Assembly: GCA_965223155.1 (NCBI GenBank)
Contig: CBDCVR010000015.1
Coordinates: 32,001 to 96,000, forward strand
From: Candidatus Multivoradales bacterium
GTDB lineage: Bacteria > Acidobacteriota > Thermoanaerobaculia > Multivoradales > JAHEKO01
Length of the DNA: 64,000 nt
Direction of reading: 5' to 3'
Shown here: positions 48,155-58,409 of the stretch, one piece after another
Layout: the number at the start of each line of letters is the position of its first letter
Numbering within the stretch: position 1 is the stretch's first letter
The notes under the pieces: model-generated
Database searches by the model: none
What the model saw: only the letters and a program-made list of their open reading frames with translations
Told to the model about the DNA's origin: nothing
Program-made: the position numbers and the translations under genes

Positions 48155-50290
48155 ATGAGAGACCTGACACGCTACCCGGGCCTATTGGTCCTCGCTCTCG
48201 GCATGTGCCTGTCGCCCGCCTTCGCCCAGGAGGGCGAGAGCGACGACATGGAACAGGTCGAAGACGTCATTGTCGTTACCGCGTCCAGAACCGAGCAACG
48301 CCTGCACGAGGTGCCGGCGGCGATCTCGGTCTTGACCTCCGAGCAGATCGAGCAGATCCCGGCCGACGACTATGGCGATTTCCTCCGCAATGTCCCCGGC
48401 TTGAACGTCTCCCAGATGAGCGCCCGAGACATCGTCATCACCGGCCGCGGCGCCACCAACAGCCTAGCGGCGAGCGAGCTGGTCTTGCTCGACAACCGCA
48501 CCCTCTATCTGGATTTCTTCGGCTTCGTCATGTGGGACTTCGTGCCCCTCGACACCAAGGAGATCAAGCAGATCGAGGTCGTGCGCGGACCGGGCAGCGC
48601 GGTGTGGGGCGCCAACGCCATGAGCGGCGTCATCAACCTCATCACCAAGAAGCCCCAGGAGATGCAGGGCACCAGCCTGACGCTGGGCGGCGGCGACTTC
48701 GGCACCGGCTACGCCTCGATCACGCACGCCGGCGTGGGCTCGGGCGGCAACCTGGGCTATAAGTTCTCGGCCAGCTACTACGAGCAGGACCCCTATGATC
48801 GGCCCACCGGAGTCATCCCGGGCAGCCAGGGGCCGACCAACCCGACCGGGACGCCGTACCCGCCTTTCGAGAACAAGGGAACCCAGCAGCCCAAGGTCAA
48901 CTTCCGCGTCGACAAGGACAGCGCCTCGGGTGAGTCCGCCTGGACGTTCTCGGGCGGCCACGCCTCGACCGACGGCATCATCCACACCGGTCTCGGCCCG
49001 TTCGACATCGACAGCGGCTCCTTGATGAACTTCCTCAAGGCGGACTGGACCAAGCGGGCCCAGCGCGTCACGTTCTTTATCAACCAGCTTGACGGCGACG
49101 CCCAGAATTTGCTGACCCGGGGCCTCGACGGCCAGCCGCTCAACTTCGAGTTCCAGAGCGACACCTACAACCTGGACTACAGCAATACCAAGGTCGCGGG
49201 CACCAAGAACATCATCTCCTACGGCGCGACCGCCCGGCAGAACGACTTCGACCTGTCGATCGCGCCCAGCGGCGACAGCCGCCAGGAGTACGGCTTCTAC
49301 CTCCAGGACGAGATCCTCTTCAACGACAAGGTGCGCTGGCTGATCGGCGCGAGGTGGGACAACATCGACCCCATCGACTCGGTGGTGTCGCCGCGGACCA
49401 GCCTGCTGATCGCGCCCAAGCCCAACCACACCTTGCGGTTCTCGTTCAATCGGGCCTTCCGGGCGCCGTCGATGATCAACAACTTCCTGGACGTGACCAT
49501 CTTCAACGCCGCCGTGCTGCCGCCGATCCCGCAAGCCGGCCTGTTTACCCCGACCGCGGTCTTCTTCCCCGCCCGGGCGTTGGGCAACCCGCTGACCACC
49601 GAGGAGAGGCTGGACGCGGTCGAGGCCGGCTACGTCGGCACCTTCGGCCGCAACACGTTCACGCTCTCGATCTACGAGAACGAGACCAGCGATTCGATCG
49701 ACTTCTACACCGCCGCAAACCACACGAGCTCGCAGTTCTTCATCACCAACCCGCCTATCCCCGGGCCGGTGCTCGACTTCCTGCTGGCCACAGCGCTACG
49801 AGACGCCTTCCCCGCGCTCTTCTCGTACCGAAACATCGGTGAGACCGTGGATCGGGGCCTCGAGCTCAGCTTCAACGCCAATCCGAACAACAACTGGTCC
49901 TGGTTCTTCAACTACTCCTACCAGGACGAGCCCGAGGTCAGCGGCATCGACCAGGTCGTCCTGCCGAACGGAACCCTCCGCGACGGCGTGAATTCTCCAC
50001 CGGAGCACCGGGTCAACCTCGGTATCGCTTTCGACAACGGCAACTGGTTCGTCAACTCCAACGCCAACTACGTTGACGACGCGTTCTGGACCGACGTTCT
50101 GGACGCCCGCTTCTGGGGGCCGACCGAGGCCTTCACCCAGATCAATCTGGGAATCGGCGTGCGCTGGGGTGGCGACAAGGGCACCTTCTCGATCAACGCC
50201 CAGAACCTCCTTGAAGAGGACGTGCAGCAGCACGTCTTCGGCGACCTGATCGACCGGAAGATCACCGGCCAGTTGATCTTCCGCTTCTAG
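48155..50290 (+). CDS. TonB-dependent outer-membrane receptor
   Basis: Signal peptide, IVVTASR TonB-box region, IEVVRGPGSAVWGANAMSGVINLITK plug motif, C-terminal Phe. Confidence 0.95.
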   Translation: MRDLTRYPGLLVLALGMCLSPAFAQEGESDDMEQVEDVIVVTASRTEQRLHEVPAAISVLTSEQIEQIPADDYGDFLRNVPGLNVSQMSARDIVITGRGATNSLAASELVLLDNRTLYLDFFGFVMWDFVPLDTKEIKQIEVVRGPGSAVWGANAMSGVINLITKKPQEMQGTSLTLGGGDFGTGYASITHAGVGSGGNLGYKFSASYYEQDPYDRPTGVIPGSQGPTNPTGTPYPPFENKGTQQPKVNFRVDKDSASGESAWTFSGGHASTDGIIHTGLGPFDIDSGSLMNFLKADWTKRAQRVTFFINQLDGDAQNLLTRGLDGQPLNFEFQSDTYNLDYSNTKVAGTKNIISYGATARQNDFDLSIAPSGDSRQEYGFYLQDEILFNDKVRWLIGARWDNIDPIDSVVSPRTSLLIAPKPNHTLRFSFNRAFRAPSMINNFLDVTIFNAAVLPPIPQAGLFTPTAVFFPARALGNPLTTEERLDAVEAGYVGTFGRNTFTLSIYENETSDSIDFYTAANHTSSQFFITNPPIPGPVLDFLLATALRDAFPALFSYRNIGETVDRGLELSFNANPNNNWSWFFNYSYQDEPEVSGIDQVVLPNGTLRDGVNSPPEHRVNLGIAFDNGNWFVNSNANYVDDAFWTDVLDARFWGPTEAFTQINLGIGVRWGGDKGTFSINAQNLLEEDVQQHVFGDLIDRKITGQLIFRF

Positions 50291-50306
50291 CGTTTTCTCC
50301 GGAGCC

Positions 50307-50340
50307 GGCCGGGGCCTTCGCGGCCCCGGCCCCTCCTTTC
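50307..50340 (+). terminator. GC-rich hairpin after the TonB receptor (terminator or RNA-stabilising element)
   Basis: GGCCGGGGCC-ttcgc-GGCCCCGGCC followed by a weak pyrimidine tail. Confidence 0.55.
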
Positions 50341-51003
50341 GTGTCCCGACCGACCGCCACCGCTGAATCGTTCACCCGGTCTTCGGTGGCAATCGCGCGC
50401 ATCCCGCTCGCGCTGAAACTCGGCTACACGCTCTGGGCCGTGGTGTGGTTCGCAGTCTACTACCGGCTCTACGGGCCGGGACACTTTCTCTGGATCTGCG
50501 ACTTCGCCAACCTCGTGCTGTGCGTCGCGCTGTGGCTGGAAAGCCCGGTCCTCATCGCCTCCCAGGCGGTCGGTGTTCTGCTCATCCAGCTCCTCTGGAA
50601 TCTGGACGTGGCGGTGCGCCTGGTCGCGGGCTTCCATCCCATCGGTGGCACCGAGTACATGTTCAACGCCGGCACCTCGCTGGGCCTGCGCAGCCTGTCT
50701 CTCTTTCACACCTTCGTGCCGCTGATCCTGCTCTGGGCGATCTGGAGGCTGGGCTACGACCGGCGCGGCTGGAAGCTCCAGACGCTGATCGTCTGGTTCC
50801 TGATCCCGGCGAGCTACCTCTGGACCGCCCCGGAAGCCAACATCAACTGGCTCGTCCGCCCCTTCGGCGTGCCTCAGACCCTGATGCCGCCACCTCTCTT
50901 CGTCCTGGTCGTCATGCTCGCGGTCCCGATCATCGGCCACCTGCCAACGCACTGGGTCCTGCTGAGGGCCGCCCGCCGCTGGGGTCGAGGCGTTCTGAAC
51001 TAG
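50341..51003 (+). CDS. Integral membrane protein
   Basis: Multiple TM segments; FLWICD, GTEYMF, LSLFH and NINW motifs. Confidence 0.75.
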   Translation: MSRPTATAESFTRSSVAIARIPLALKLGYTLWAVVWFAVYYRLYGPGHFLWICDFANLVLCVALWLESPVLIASQAVGVLLIQLLWNLDVAVRLVAGFHPIGGTEYMFNAGTSLGLRSLSLFHTFVPLILLWAIWRLGYDRRGWKLQTLIVWFLIPASYLWTAPEANINWLVRPFGVPQTLMPPPLFVLVVMLAVPIIGHLPTHWVLLRAARRWGRGVLN

Positions 51004-51014
51004 AGGCTCGAGCC

Positions 51015-51725
51015 TTGAAACCCTTTCTCACCGCCGAGTGGAGGCACCTGGCGATGCTCAATTTCGAGATCGATCCCGCTCTCCTCGAGGACCTGGTCCC
51101 CGCCGGAACCGAGCTTGACGACTGGGCAGGCCGGACTTTGGTCAGCATGGTGGGTTTTCGGTTTCTCGAAACCCGCGTCCACGGTCTGGCGATCCCGTTC
51201 CACCGGGACTTCAGCGAAGTGAATCTGCGCTTCTACGTCCGCCGGGAAGTCGGCGGCTCGGCGCAACGTGGTGTGGTCTTCGTCCAAGAAATCGTTCCCC
51301 GGATGGCCATCGCCTGGGTGGCACGCCGTCTCTACAACGAGAACTACGTCGCGCTGCCGATGCGACACGAACTTGATCGGGAAGACTCCAACCGAACCAG
51401 CTACGCATGGCGTACCGGAGACCGCTGGCATCGCCTCGTCCTCGAGTCCGAGCCACCAGCCTCATATCCGGAAGCCAGCTCGGAGGAAGAGTTCGTGACG
51501 GAGCACTACTGGGGCTACGTCGGCCAGCGGGACGGATCGACGCTCGAATACCGAGTCGATCACCCTCAGTGGCGCGTCCGGAACGCCACATTCGCCTCGC
51601 TAGATTGCGACGTTGCTCGCCTCTACGGAGCCCGATTTGCGGAGGCGCTCGCAAGCGAGCCCCGGTCGGCGTTCCTCGCCATCGGATCGGAGGTTGCCGT
51701 CTACCGGGGGCGGCCGATCGGCTAG
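51015..51725 (+). CDS. DUF2071 (YqjF-like) protein
   Basis: FLTAEWRHLAMLNF, EVNLRFYV, TEHYWGY, VDHPQW; TTG start inferred. Confidence 0.85.
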   Translation: MKPFLTAEWRHLAMLNFEIDPALLEDLVPAGTELDDWAGRTLVSMVGFRFLETRVHGLAIPFHRDFSEVNLRFYVRREVGGSAQRGVVFVQEIVPRMAIAWVARRLYNENYVALPMRHELDREDSNRTSYAWRTGDRWHRLVLESEPPASYPEASSEEEFVTEHYWGYVGQRDGSTLEYRVDHPQWRVRNATFASLDCDVARLYGARFAEALASEPRSAFLAIGSEVAVYRGRPIG

Positions 51726-52921
51726 TACGAGGCCGCGATCGCTTCGATCCGGTCCAGAGCCGGCTCGAGGATCTCTTCGGGAGGCAAAAACACGACCCGG
51801 AAATGGTCCGCTCCCGCGAGCCCGCCGAAGCCGCTGCCCGGAACGATCACGACACCGGTCTCGCTCACGACCCGCCGGCAGAATTCGGTGTCCGAGACGC
51901 CCAGGTCGATTCTGGGGAACGCGTAGAATGCCCCCCGCGGCTCGACACAGTCGATGCCGGGCATGGCATTCAGCCGCTCGGTGACGAGATCGCGCCGCGC
52001 GCGCAGCTTGGCCACTACCCCGTCGAGGTAGTCCATGGGACCTTCGAGCGCCGGGGCCACGGCGTATTGCTCCGGATGGTTCGCCGATAGCCTGGCCCGC
52101 TCGAGCTTCTGGATCGCCTCGCAGTAGTCCGCGAGCTCGTCTTCGGGTCCCGAGATCGAGGCCCAGCCCAGCCGGAAGCCGGGCGCCACGAAGACCTTGG
52201 AGAGGCCGTGCAGCGTCACGATCTTGGCTTCCTTGGCTTCCGGGGCGAGCGACGCGGTAGCCACGAAGGAACCCGGCTCGAACACCAGCCGATCGTAGAT
52301 CTCGTCGCTGAAAAGCACGAGGTCGTGCTCCTGGGCGATCGCAATGAGCTCGCGCAGAACCGACTCGTCGGTCACCGATCCGGTGGGATTGTTGGGATTG
52401 ATCACCACCAGGGCGCGGGTCCGCTCGTCGATCTGGCTCCGAATCGAGTCGATGTCCGGCTGCCAGCCGTTGCCCTCGTCCAGCCGGTACCAACGGGTCT
52501 CGGCATCGAACCGCGCCAGCACCGCCGGATAGAGCGGATAGCCGGGTGACGGAATCAGCACGTTGTCGCCCGGATCCACGAGGGCCGCGATCGCCAGATC
52601 GATGGCTTCGCTCGAGCCCGAGGTGACGAAGGTGTGGACGATGCCGGAGATGCCCTTGGCGGCGTTGTCGGCGGCCACGGCCCGCCTGGCTTCTTCGATG
52701 CCCGAGGACGGCGCGTAGCCGTTCTTGTTGGCCCGGATCGCGGCGCAGGTCGCCTCGACGATGTGCGCCGGGGTCTCGAAATCGAAGAGATTCGGGTCGC
52801 CGATGTTGAGATACAGGATGTCCCGGCCCGCGGCGGCGGCCTCCTCGGCCCAGAGCACGACGTCGCGCACCGCGTAGGTGATCTTCTCGGTGCGCCTGGC
52901 GGGACGGATCGGCCGGGTCAT
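51722..52921 (-). CDS. Class I/II PLP aminotransferase
   Basis: LNIGDP, NPNNPTG, DEIY, GLSK…PGFRLGW. Confidence 0.93.
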   Translation of the reverse strand: MTRPIRPARRTEKITYAVRDVVLWAEEAAAAGRDILYLNIGDPNLFDFETPAHIVEATCAAIRANKNGYAPSSGIEEARRAVAADNAAKGISGIVHTFVTSGSSEAIDLAIAALVDPGDNVLIPSPGYPLYPAVLARFDAETRWYRLDEGNGWQPDIDSIRSQIDERTRALVVINPNNPTGSVTDESVLRELIAIAQEHDLVLFSDEIYDRLVFEPGSFVATASLAPEAKEAKIVTLHGLSKVFVAPGFRLGWASISGPEDELADYCEAIQKLERARLSANHPEQYAVAPALEGPMDYLDGVVAKLRARRDLVTERLNAMPGIDCVEPRGAFYAFPRIDLGVSDTEFCRRVVSETGVVIVPGSGFGGLAGADHFRVVFLPPEEILEPALDRIEAIAASY

Positions 52922-53036
52922 CGGTTCGTACTCTAGCAGCCGCTCGAGCTGGCTTCGAGCCGGCTCCAAGCTGCCTCCGAGTTGGCTCCGAAGGCGCCGG
53001 GTTGCGCCTACCTCGGGGCATCCGTAGCATGCGCCC

Positions 53037-53843
53037 ATGGCATTCAAGATCAGCAGCGACAAGACCGTGACCTATTCGAGCTACCTCAAGATCGATGAGC
53101 TGCTCGAGCTCCAGGTTCCCCTCTCCGACGGCCCGGAGCACGACGAACTGCTCTTCATCGTCATCCACCAGGTCTACGAGCTCTGGTTCCGCCAGGTGCT
53201 GCACGAGCTGGAAGAGCTCAGCCGGCGGTTGGAGGCGGGCGATTCGGCGCGAAGCCTGGCAACCCTGGGGCGCGTCCTCACGATCTTCAAGACCCTGGTC
53301 GCCCAGGTGGACGTCTTAGAGACCATGACCCCGGTTTCGTTCAGCTCGTTTCGCAGTCGCTTGGAGTCCGCCAGCGGCTTCCAGTCCGCCCAGTTCCGCG
53401 AAGTAGAATTCTTGCTCGGCGCCAAGAACGAGCGCGCCGTCGAGCACCACGCCGAAGGCAGTCCCGGGCGCGAGCGGCTCGAGCGGCGCCTCAGGGAGCC
53501 GACGCTCTGGGACGGCTTCCTACGCTATCTCGACGCCTGCGGCCACCCGGTCCCCGAGGCCGCCCTCGAGCGGGACGTGCTGGCTCCAATCGAGCCCTCG
53601 CCCGAGGTTCAGGAGATTCTGCTCACTGTCTACCGGGAGTACCCGGTCGAGGCCATGGTCTGCGAGCGCCTGGTCGACTTCGATGAGGGGCTCCAGGAGT
53701 GGCGCTACCGCCACGTCAAGATGGTCGAGCGCACCATCGGCTCGAAGACCGGCACCGGTGGCTCTTCCGGCGCCGACTATCTGCGTTCGACTCTGTTTCG
53801 GCCGGTGTTCCCGGATCTCTGGGAAATCCGCGCCCGCCTATGA
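53037..53843 (+). CDS. kynA: Tryptophan 2,3-dioxygenase
   Basis: HDELLFIVIHQVYELWF, SGFQS, WRYRH, GTGGS. Confidence 0.96.
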   Translation: MAFKISSDKTVTYSSYLKIDELLELQVPLSDGPEHDELLFIVIHQVYELWFRQVLHELEELSRRLEAGDSARSLATLGRVLTIFKTLVAQVDVLETMTPVSFSSFRSRLESASGFQSAQFREVEFLLGAKNERAVEHHAEGSPGRERLERRLREPTLWDGFLRYLDACGHPVPEAALERDVLAPIEPSPEVQEILLTVYREYPVEAMVCERLVDFDEGLQEWRYRHVKMVERTIGSKTGTGGSSGADYLRSTLFRPVFPDLWEIRARL

Positions 53844-55042
53844 GCCCCAGGATTTTCTCGGCCGACGAGCTCCTGGCCGACGACAACCCGCTCGCCGAGC
53901 ACTACCGGCACTTCCGCGTCGGCGAGCGCACCCTTCTTTCCGGACACTCGCATCAGGCCTGGCCCGACTGCGGCCTCGAGGCTCAGCGGCAAGCGTGGCT
54001 GGACGCCGCCGAAGCGGTAGACGACAAATGGGACCTGGCTTTCGCCCAGGCCGATGCGGTGCGCGCCGGCTACCGCCGGCTCCTGGACGATCCCGGCGGC
54101 CTCTATTCGCTGGCGGCCAGCACCCACGATCTTCTGGTGCGCCTGCTCTCGGCCCTGCCGCTGGCGACCCGGCCTCGCATCGTCACCACCGACGGGGAGT
54201 TCCACTCCCTGCGCCGCCAGCTCGACCGTCTGGCCGAGGAAGGCCTCGAAGTGGTCAAGGTCCCGGCCGCCCCCGCCGCCACGATCGGCGAGCGGCTCGC
54301 CGCCGAAGTCCACGAGCGCACCTCCGCCGTCTGCACTTCGACCGTCTTCTTCGAGAGCGCCCAAATCGCCGGCGACCTGACCGCGGCCGCCGAGGCCTGC
54401 CGCAAGCACGGCGCGATTCTGGTCCTGGACGTCTACCATCAGCTCAATGCCGTGCCCTTTTCGCTCACCGGACGCGGCCTCGAGGACGCCTACGTCGTCA
54501 CCGCCGGCTACAAGTACTGCCAGCTCGGCGAAGGCAACGCCATCTTGCGCTTCCCGCCCGCCTGCGATCTACGGCCCATCGCCACCGGCTGGTTCGCCGA
54601 GTTCGGCGAGCTGACCGAGGCGCAGAGCGGCGGAGTCTCCTACAGCAGCCGCGACAATCGATTCGCCGGCGCTACCTACGATCCGACGAGCAACTACCGG
54701 GGCGCGGCGGTTTTCGCCTTTTTCGAACGGCACGGTCTCAACCCGGAGCTGCTGCGAGAGGTGAGCCAGCGTCAGATCGAACTCTTGTGCCGGGAGCTCG
54801 ACGCCCTGGACCTGGATCCATCCGCGATCGCCCGGGACACGACGGTCCCGTTCGAGTCTTTGGGTGGATTCCTAGCCCTGCGCTCGCCGCGGGCGGGCGA
54901 GCTCTGCCGGCGTCTCAAGCAGCGCGGCGTCTGGACCGACCATCGCGACCAGGTCCTGCGGCTGGGGCCGGCCCCGTACCTCGGCCGGCGGCAACTGCTC
55001 GACGCCATCGGACACCTGGGCGAGCTGGTCCACGAGCTCTAG
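53840..55042 (+). CDS. kynU: Kynureninase-like PLP enzyme
   Basis: GHSHQAWP, DGEFHS, DVYH, GYKY, TGWF; ATGA overlap with kynA. Confidence 0.85.
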   Translation: MSPRIFSADELLADDNPLAEHYRHFRVGERTLLSGHSHQAWPDCGLEAQRQAWLDAAEAVDDKWDLAFAQADAVRAGYRRLLDDPGGLYSLAASTHDLLVRLLSALPLATRPRIVTTDGEFHSLRRQLDRLAEEGLEVVKVPAAPAATIGERLAAEVHERTSAVCTSTVFFESAQIAGDLTAAAEACRKHGAILVLDVYHQLNAVPFSLTGRGLEDAYVVTAGYKYCQLGEGNAILRFPPACDLRPIATGWFAEFGELTEAQSGGVSYSSRDNRFAGATYDPTSNYRGAAVFAFFERHGLNPELLREVSQRQIELLCRELDALDLDPSAIARDTTVPFESLGGFLALRSPRAGELCRRLKQRGVWTDHRDQVLRLGPAPYLGRRQLLDAIGHLGELVHEL

Positions 55043-55118
55043 CCTGTTGAGCCCGGCGAATCGTCCTCCGGCGCAGGCCGGCCGGCGGCAGGTCGGCTTG
55101 TCTCGATTCGATTCGAGC

Positions 55119-55712
55119 CTATTCGGGCAAGGTGTACTCGAAACGGTAGGCGTGCTCGCCATCCTGAATCTCGATCACCATCGAGCCGGCAAGGCCTTCG
55201 AGCTCGCCGGTGCCGGAATCCGGCACCACGGAGATTCCCTGATGCTGCTCGCCGCCCTGCATCCAGCTCGAATGCTGAAGCACGAACGTTCCCCGGCGGC
55301 CGCCCAGCGTGCCCTCGACCCGCTCGATGGCGACATAGCCGGCCGACTGGGGCAGCGCGGTCCGGGCGCTCAGCATCTCGCCGGTGCTGGTCGCGTCCAG
55401 ATCTCCCTCGAATACCTTGTCGATCGACATGCGCCCCAAGAGCGCGTCCTGTCCTTCGTGGTGTAGCTCCAGCGGAGCAAGCTTGACTTCGAACGATCCG
55501 GTCGCCTCTTGAGTCATCGGGGTCTGGTCTCCTGTGGGTTGCTCCGCCGGATCGGTCGCCGCACTCAGGGCTTGGTCCTCGGAGGTTTCTTCGAACGCCG
55601 CCGCTTCCGCCTGGCCGGAACCGTCCTCGGCCCCATTCACGGCGCCGGCCACGGCCGCAACCGGCGCCAGAGTCAGCGCCATCGCGACCCATCCGGTCAT
55701 CCTGGTCCTCAT
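55119..55712 (-). CDS. DUF3224 protein with a signal peptide and acidic linker
   Basis: SAGYVAIE, GTFVLQH, VVPDSGTGELEGLAG; GAGGA RBS. Confidence 0.85.
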   Translation of the reverse strand: MRTRMTGWVAMALTLAPVAAVAGAVNGAEDGSGQAEAAAFEETSEDQALSAATDPAEQPTGDQTPMTQEATGSFEVKLAPLELHHEGQDALLGRMSIDKVFEGDLDATSTGEMLSARTALPQSAGYVAIERVEGTLGGRRGTFVLQHSSWMQGGEQHQGISVVPDSGTGELEGLAGSMVIEIQDGEHAYRFEYTLPE

Positions 55713-55864
55713 TCGGTCCTCATCGGGGCCGTCATCGGCGGCGAGCCTACCCGCCCCATCTTGGCGTGTCGAGCGCCAAGCCCGCGGGGCACTGTCTCCG
55801 CCGCCGCCCACCCGGCAGCCCGGCAGCCGAAACCCGCCACCCGCCACCAATAGCCCGCGGGCTC

Positions 55865-57256
55865 CTACGACCGGAAGATCTTGCCCGGGTTCAGAAGCCC
55901 CTCGGGATCGAGAGCGCGCTTGATCGCGCGCATGGTTTCGAGCCCCGCGCCAGCCTCCCGCTCCAGCCACTCCCGCTTGCCCAGACCGATGCCGTGCTCG
56001 CCGGTCGAGGTGCCACCGGCGGCCAGTGCCCGTTCCACCAGCGCCCGGTTGAGAGCCTTGGCTTCCTCCAGCTCTGCCGGCGAATTCGGGTCGAGGACCA
56101 GCAGCAGGTGAAAGTTGCCGTCGCCGACGTGCCCGACGAGCGGCACCGGAAACGAAGCCCGGGCGGCCTCTTCCCGGGTCGCCCCGATCGTCTCGGCCAA
56201 GCGCGACAGCGGCACGCATACGTCGGTCGAGAGCACCCGCGCTCCGGGCCGGAGCGCCAGGCTGGCGAAATAGGCGTCGTGCCGAGCTCGCCAGAGCCGG
56301 CGCCGCTCGCCCTCATCGGTAGCCCAGCGAAAGTCTCGGCCACCCCGGGCGCGGGCGATGGCCTCGGCTTCTGCGGCGTCGCCGGCCACGCTCCGGGGCG
56401 AGCCCTGAAACTCGAAGAACAGCGTCGGCAGCTCGGCCTCCTCCAGCCCCGAGTGGCGGTTGACCGCGCCCATCGCAACCCCATCCAGAAGCTCGACCCG
56501 AGCCACCGGAATCCCGTGCTGGATGACCTCGACCGCGGCACCGACCGCGGCCGCCATGTCCGGAAAGGCACAGACCGCGCTCGAGATGGCCTCGGGGACG
56601 CCCTGCACCCGAAGGGCGATCTCGGTCACGATCCCTAGCGTTCCCTCCGAACCAACCATCAGCCGGGTGAGGTCGTACCCGGCCGAGGACTTGCGCGCCC
56701 GTGTCCCGGTCCGGATCGCCGTGCCGTCGGCGAGCACCACTTCGAGCGCCAGGACGTTCTCCCGCATCGACCCGTAGCGCACCGTGGCCGTGCCGGAGGC
56801 GCCGGTAGCGACCATGCCGCCAAGGGTCGCGTCAGCTCCCGGATCCACTGGAAAGAAGAGCCCTTGCTGTGCCAGGACGCGCTCGAGCTGCAGGCGGGTA
56901 ACCCCCGCCTCGACCACCGCGGTGAGATCCCCCGAGCTCACGTCGAGCACCCGGTTCTTCCGGGCCAGGCTCACCGTGATCCCGCCGGCAACCGGCAGCA
57001 CGTGCCCTTCGAGCGAGGAACCGGCGCCGAATGGAACGATCGGGACACCGTACCGGCCGCAGGCGCAAACGATCTCCTGGACCTCGGCCGTCGTCTCCGG
57101 AAACACCACCGCCCAGGGCGCGACCGGCGGCAAATACGACTCGTCCCGACCGTGATTCGCCCGCACCGACTCCGACAGCGACAACCGGTCGCCCAAGAGC
57201 TCTCCCAGCTCGGCCTCCAGCTCGGCGGGCAGACGCTTCTCGGAATCGGACGACAT
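55865..57256 (-). CDS. FAD-linked oxidase (D-lactate dehydrogenase / GlcD family)
   Basis: GSSLEG, DPGADAT, KSSAGYDL, GHVGDGNFH, GEHGIG, NPGK. Confidence 0.92.
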   Translation of the reverse strand: MSSDSEKRLPAELEAELGELLGDRLSLSESVRANHGRDESYLPPVAPWAVVFPETTAEVQEIVCACGRYGVPIVPFGAGSSLEGHVLPVAGGITVSLARKNRVLDVSSGDLTAVVEAGVTRLQLERVLAQQGLFFPVDPGADATLGGMVATGASGTATVRYGSMRENVLALEVVLADGTAIRTGTRARKSSAGYDLTRLMVGSEGTLGIVTEIALRVQGVPEAISSAVCAFPDMAAAVGAAVEVIQHGIPVARVELLDGVAMGAVNRHSGLEEAELPTLFFEFQGSPRSVAGDAAEAEAIARARGGRDFRWATDEGERRRLWRARHDAYFASLALRPGARVLSTDVCVPLSRLAETIGATREEAARASFPVPLVGHVGDGNFHLLLVLDPNSPAELEEAKALNRALVERALAAGGTSTGEHGIGLGKREWLEREAGAGLETMRAIKRALDPEGLLNPGKIFRS

Positions 57257-57515
57257 CCCGCCGGGCAGCCTACAACGGCATGGACCGGCTTCCGGCACCG
57301 CCAGCGCGGTTCCCCGACAACCCTTCAGGCGTCCACCTCGTCCGCCTCGTCCGCCTCCCCACCCCGGCAGGGGACCGCCGGTGCCCACCCGTCAGCGTAT
57401 TGGCCGCGGCGAGGTTTGAACCGCGCCGGGTTTTCCGCGCGATTCATCTGCCAATTCTACTTGGGTACGGGGGGCTGGTCTGCGGCGAGTGCCGACGAAC
57501 ACGGCCCGCTCATGA

Positions 57516-57544
57516 TCGGCCTAGGCTTCGGCTATCGTTTCTAG
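57516..57544 (+). repeat. Left copy of a direct repeat encoding GLGFGYRF*
   Basis: 25/27 nt identical to 62842-62868, differing stop codon. Confidence 0.65.
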
Positions 57545-57743
57545 GCCAGCCAGGTTACGTCCGACCGATGGACCGTGCTTGGCAAATCTTGCTCCGCCAG
57601 GCAACGCTTTTCCCAGCTTGGCGAGTTGATGCTCAGTATCACGCTTCCGCCGACGTGTTTGGTGGCGTTCGATCACCGCGAGACAGCCTCCATTAGGGTT
57701 TCTCTGTGGCTATCGGGATCCGGCCGTGCTGTTGACACGGCCT

Positions 57744-58151
57744 TCACTCCGCTTTGCGGAGCCGGCGCCAGCCCAGCTCCCAAATCGCTCGGAAGTTTCT
57801 TTCCAGGTACAGCTTCTCGAACGGGTTGGCGAGAAACCCCAGGCCCCTCGGAGTGATGTCCTCGTAGCCTCGAATCGCGACGCCGCGGGGCGTGTCGACG
57901 AACACGACTTCACACGAGCCATGCCAGAATCCCCGGAAGATCCAGCGTACGAACCTGTTTTCCTCGAACTCGGTCACTTTGGCCACCAACGGAAACGGGA
58001 ACTTCTGCAGCGGCACGGCGAGCCAGCCGTCGCCGCGGTCTTCGACGCGGCCCGCAGACCCATAGAGGCGAACCCAGTCGGCCGGCGTTCTGAAGTAGTC
58101 GAAGACTTCTTCAATCGAAAGCGCGAACTCTTCATCGAATTCGATTCTCAT
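57744..58151 (-). CDS. SRPBCC / polyketide-cyclase-like protein
   Basis: IEEVFDYF…W, VTEFEENRFVRW. Confidence 0.7.
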   Translation of the reverse strand: MRIEFDEEFALSIEEVFDYFRTPADWVRLYGSAGRVEDRGDGWLAVPLQKFPFPLVAKVTEFEENRFVRWIFRGFWHGSCEVVFVDTPRGVAIRGYEDITPRGLGFLANPFEKLYLERNFRAIWELGWRRLRKAE

Positions 58152-58408
58152 AGCCCTAATACCAAATCAATGCTTCCAACCCGCTCATTTCCGAACCTCC
58201 TAATCACGAAGATGCCGACTGGCGCTACGATGTACGCCGAGAGAGCTCTTCGGACAACAAATGCACCGTCATTCCCACGGTTGCCAAAGAACCCCAACCA
58301 AGACAGACCACCGATCGCGGCCCCGGCCATCGCTGTCGCCACTCGGGCAGATTTGATCAAAATGGCGGCGGCTTCGGCTAGCCAGACTTGAGGTTGAAGC
58401 CCCGTCAT
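58148..58408 (-). CDS. Small hydrophobic ORF, possibly a remnant
   Basis: Fills the gap with an ATGA overlap; no recognised motif. Confidence 0.3.
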   Translation of the reverse strand: MTGLQPQVWLAEAAAILIKSARVATAMAGAAIGGLSWLGFFGNRGNDGAFVVRRALSAYIVAPVGIFVIRRFGNERVGSIDLVLGL

Positions 58409-58409
58409 C

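Noticed and set aside
57370-57387. attR-like copy of the tRNA-Phe 3' end (GGTGCCCA)
   Set aside because: Only 8 bp match, which is expected by chance at this GC content
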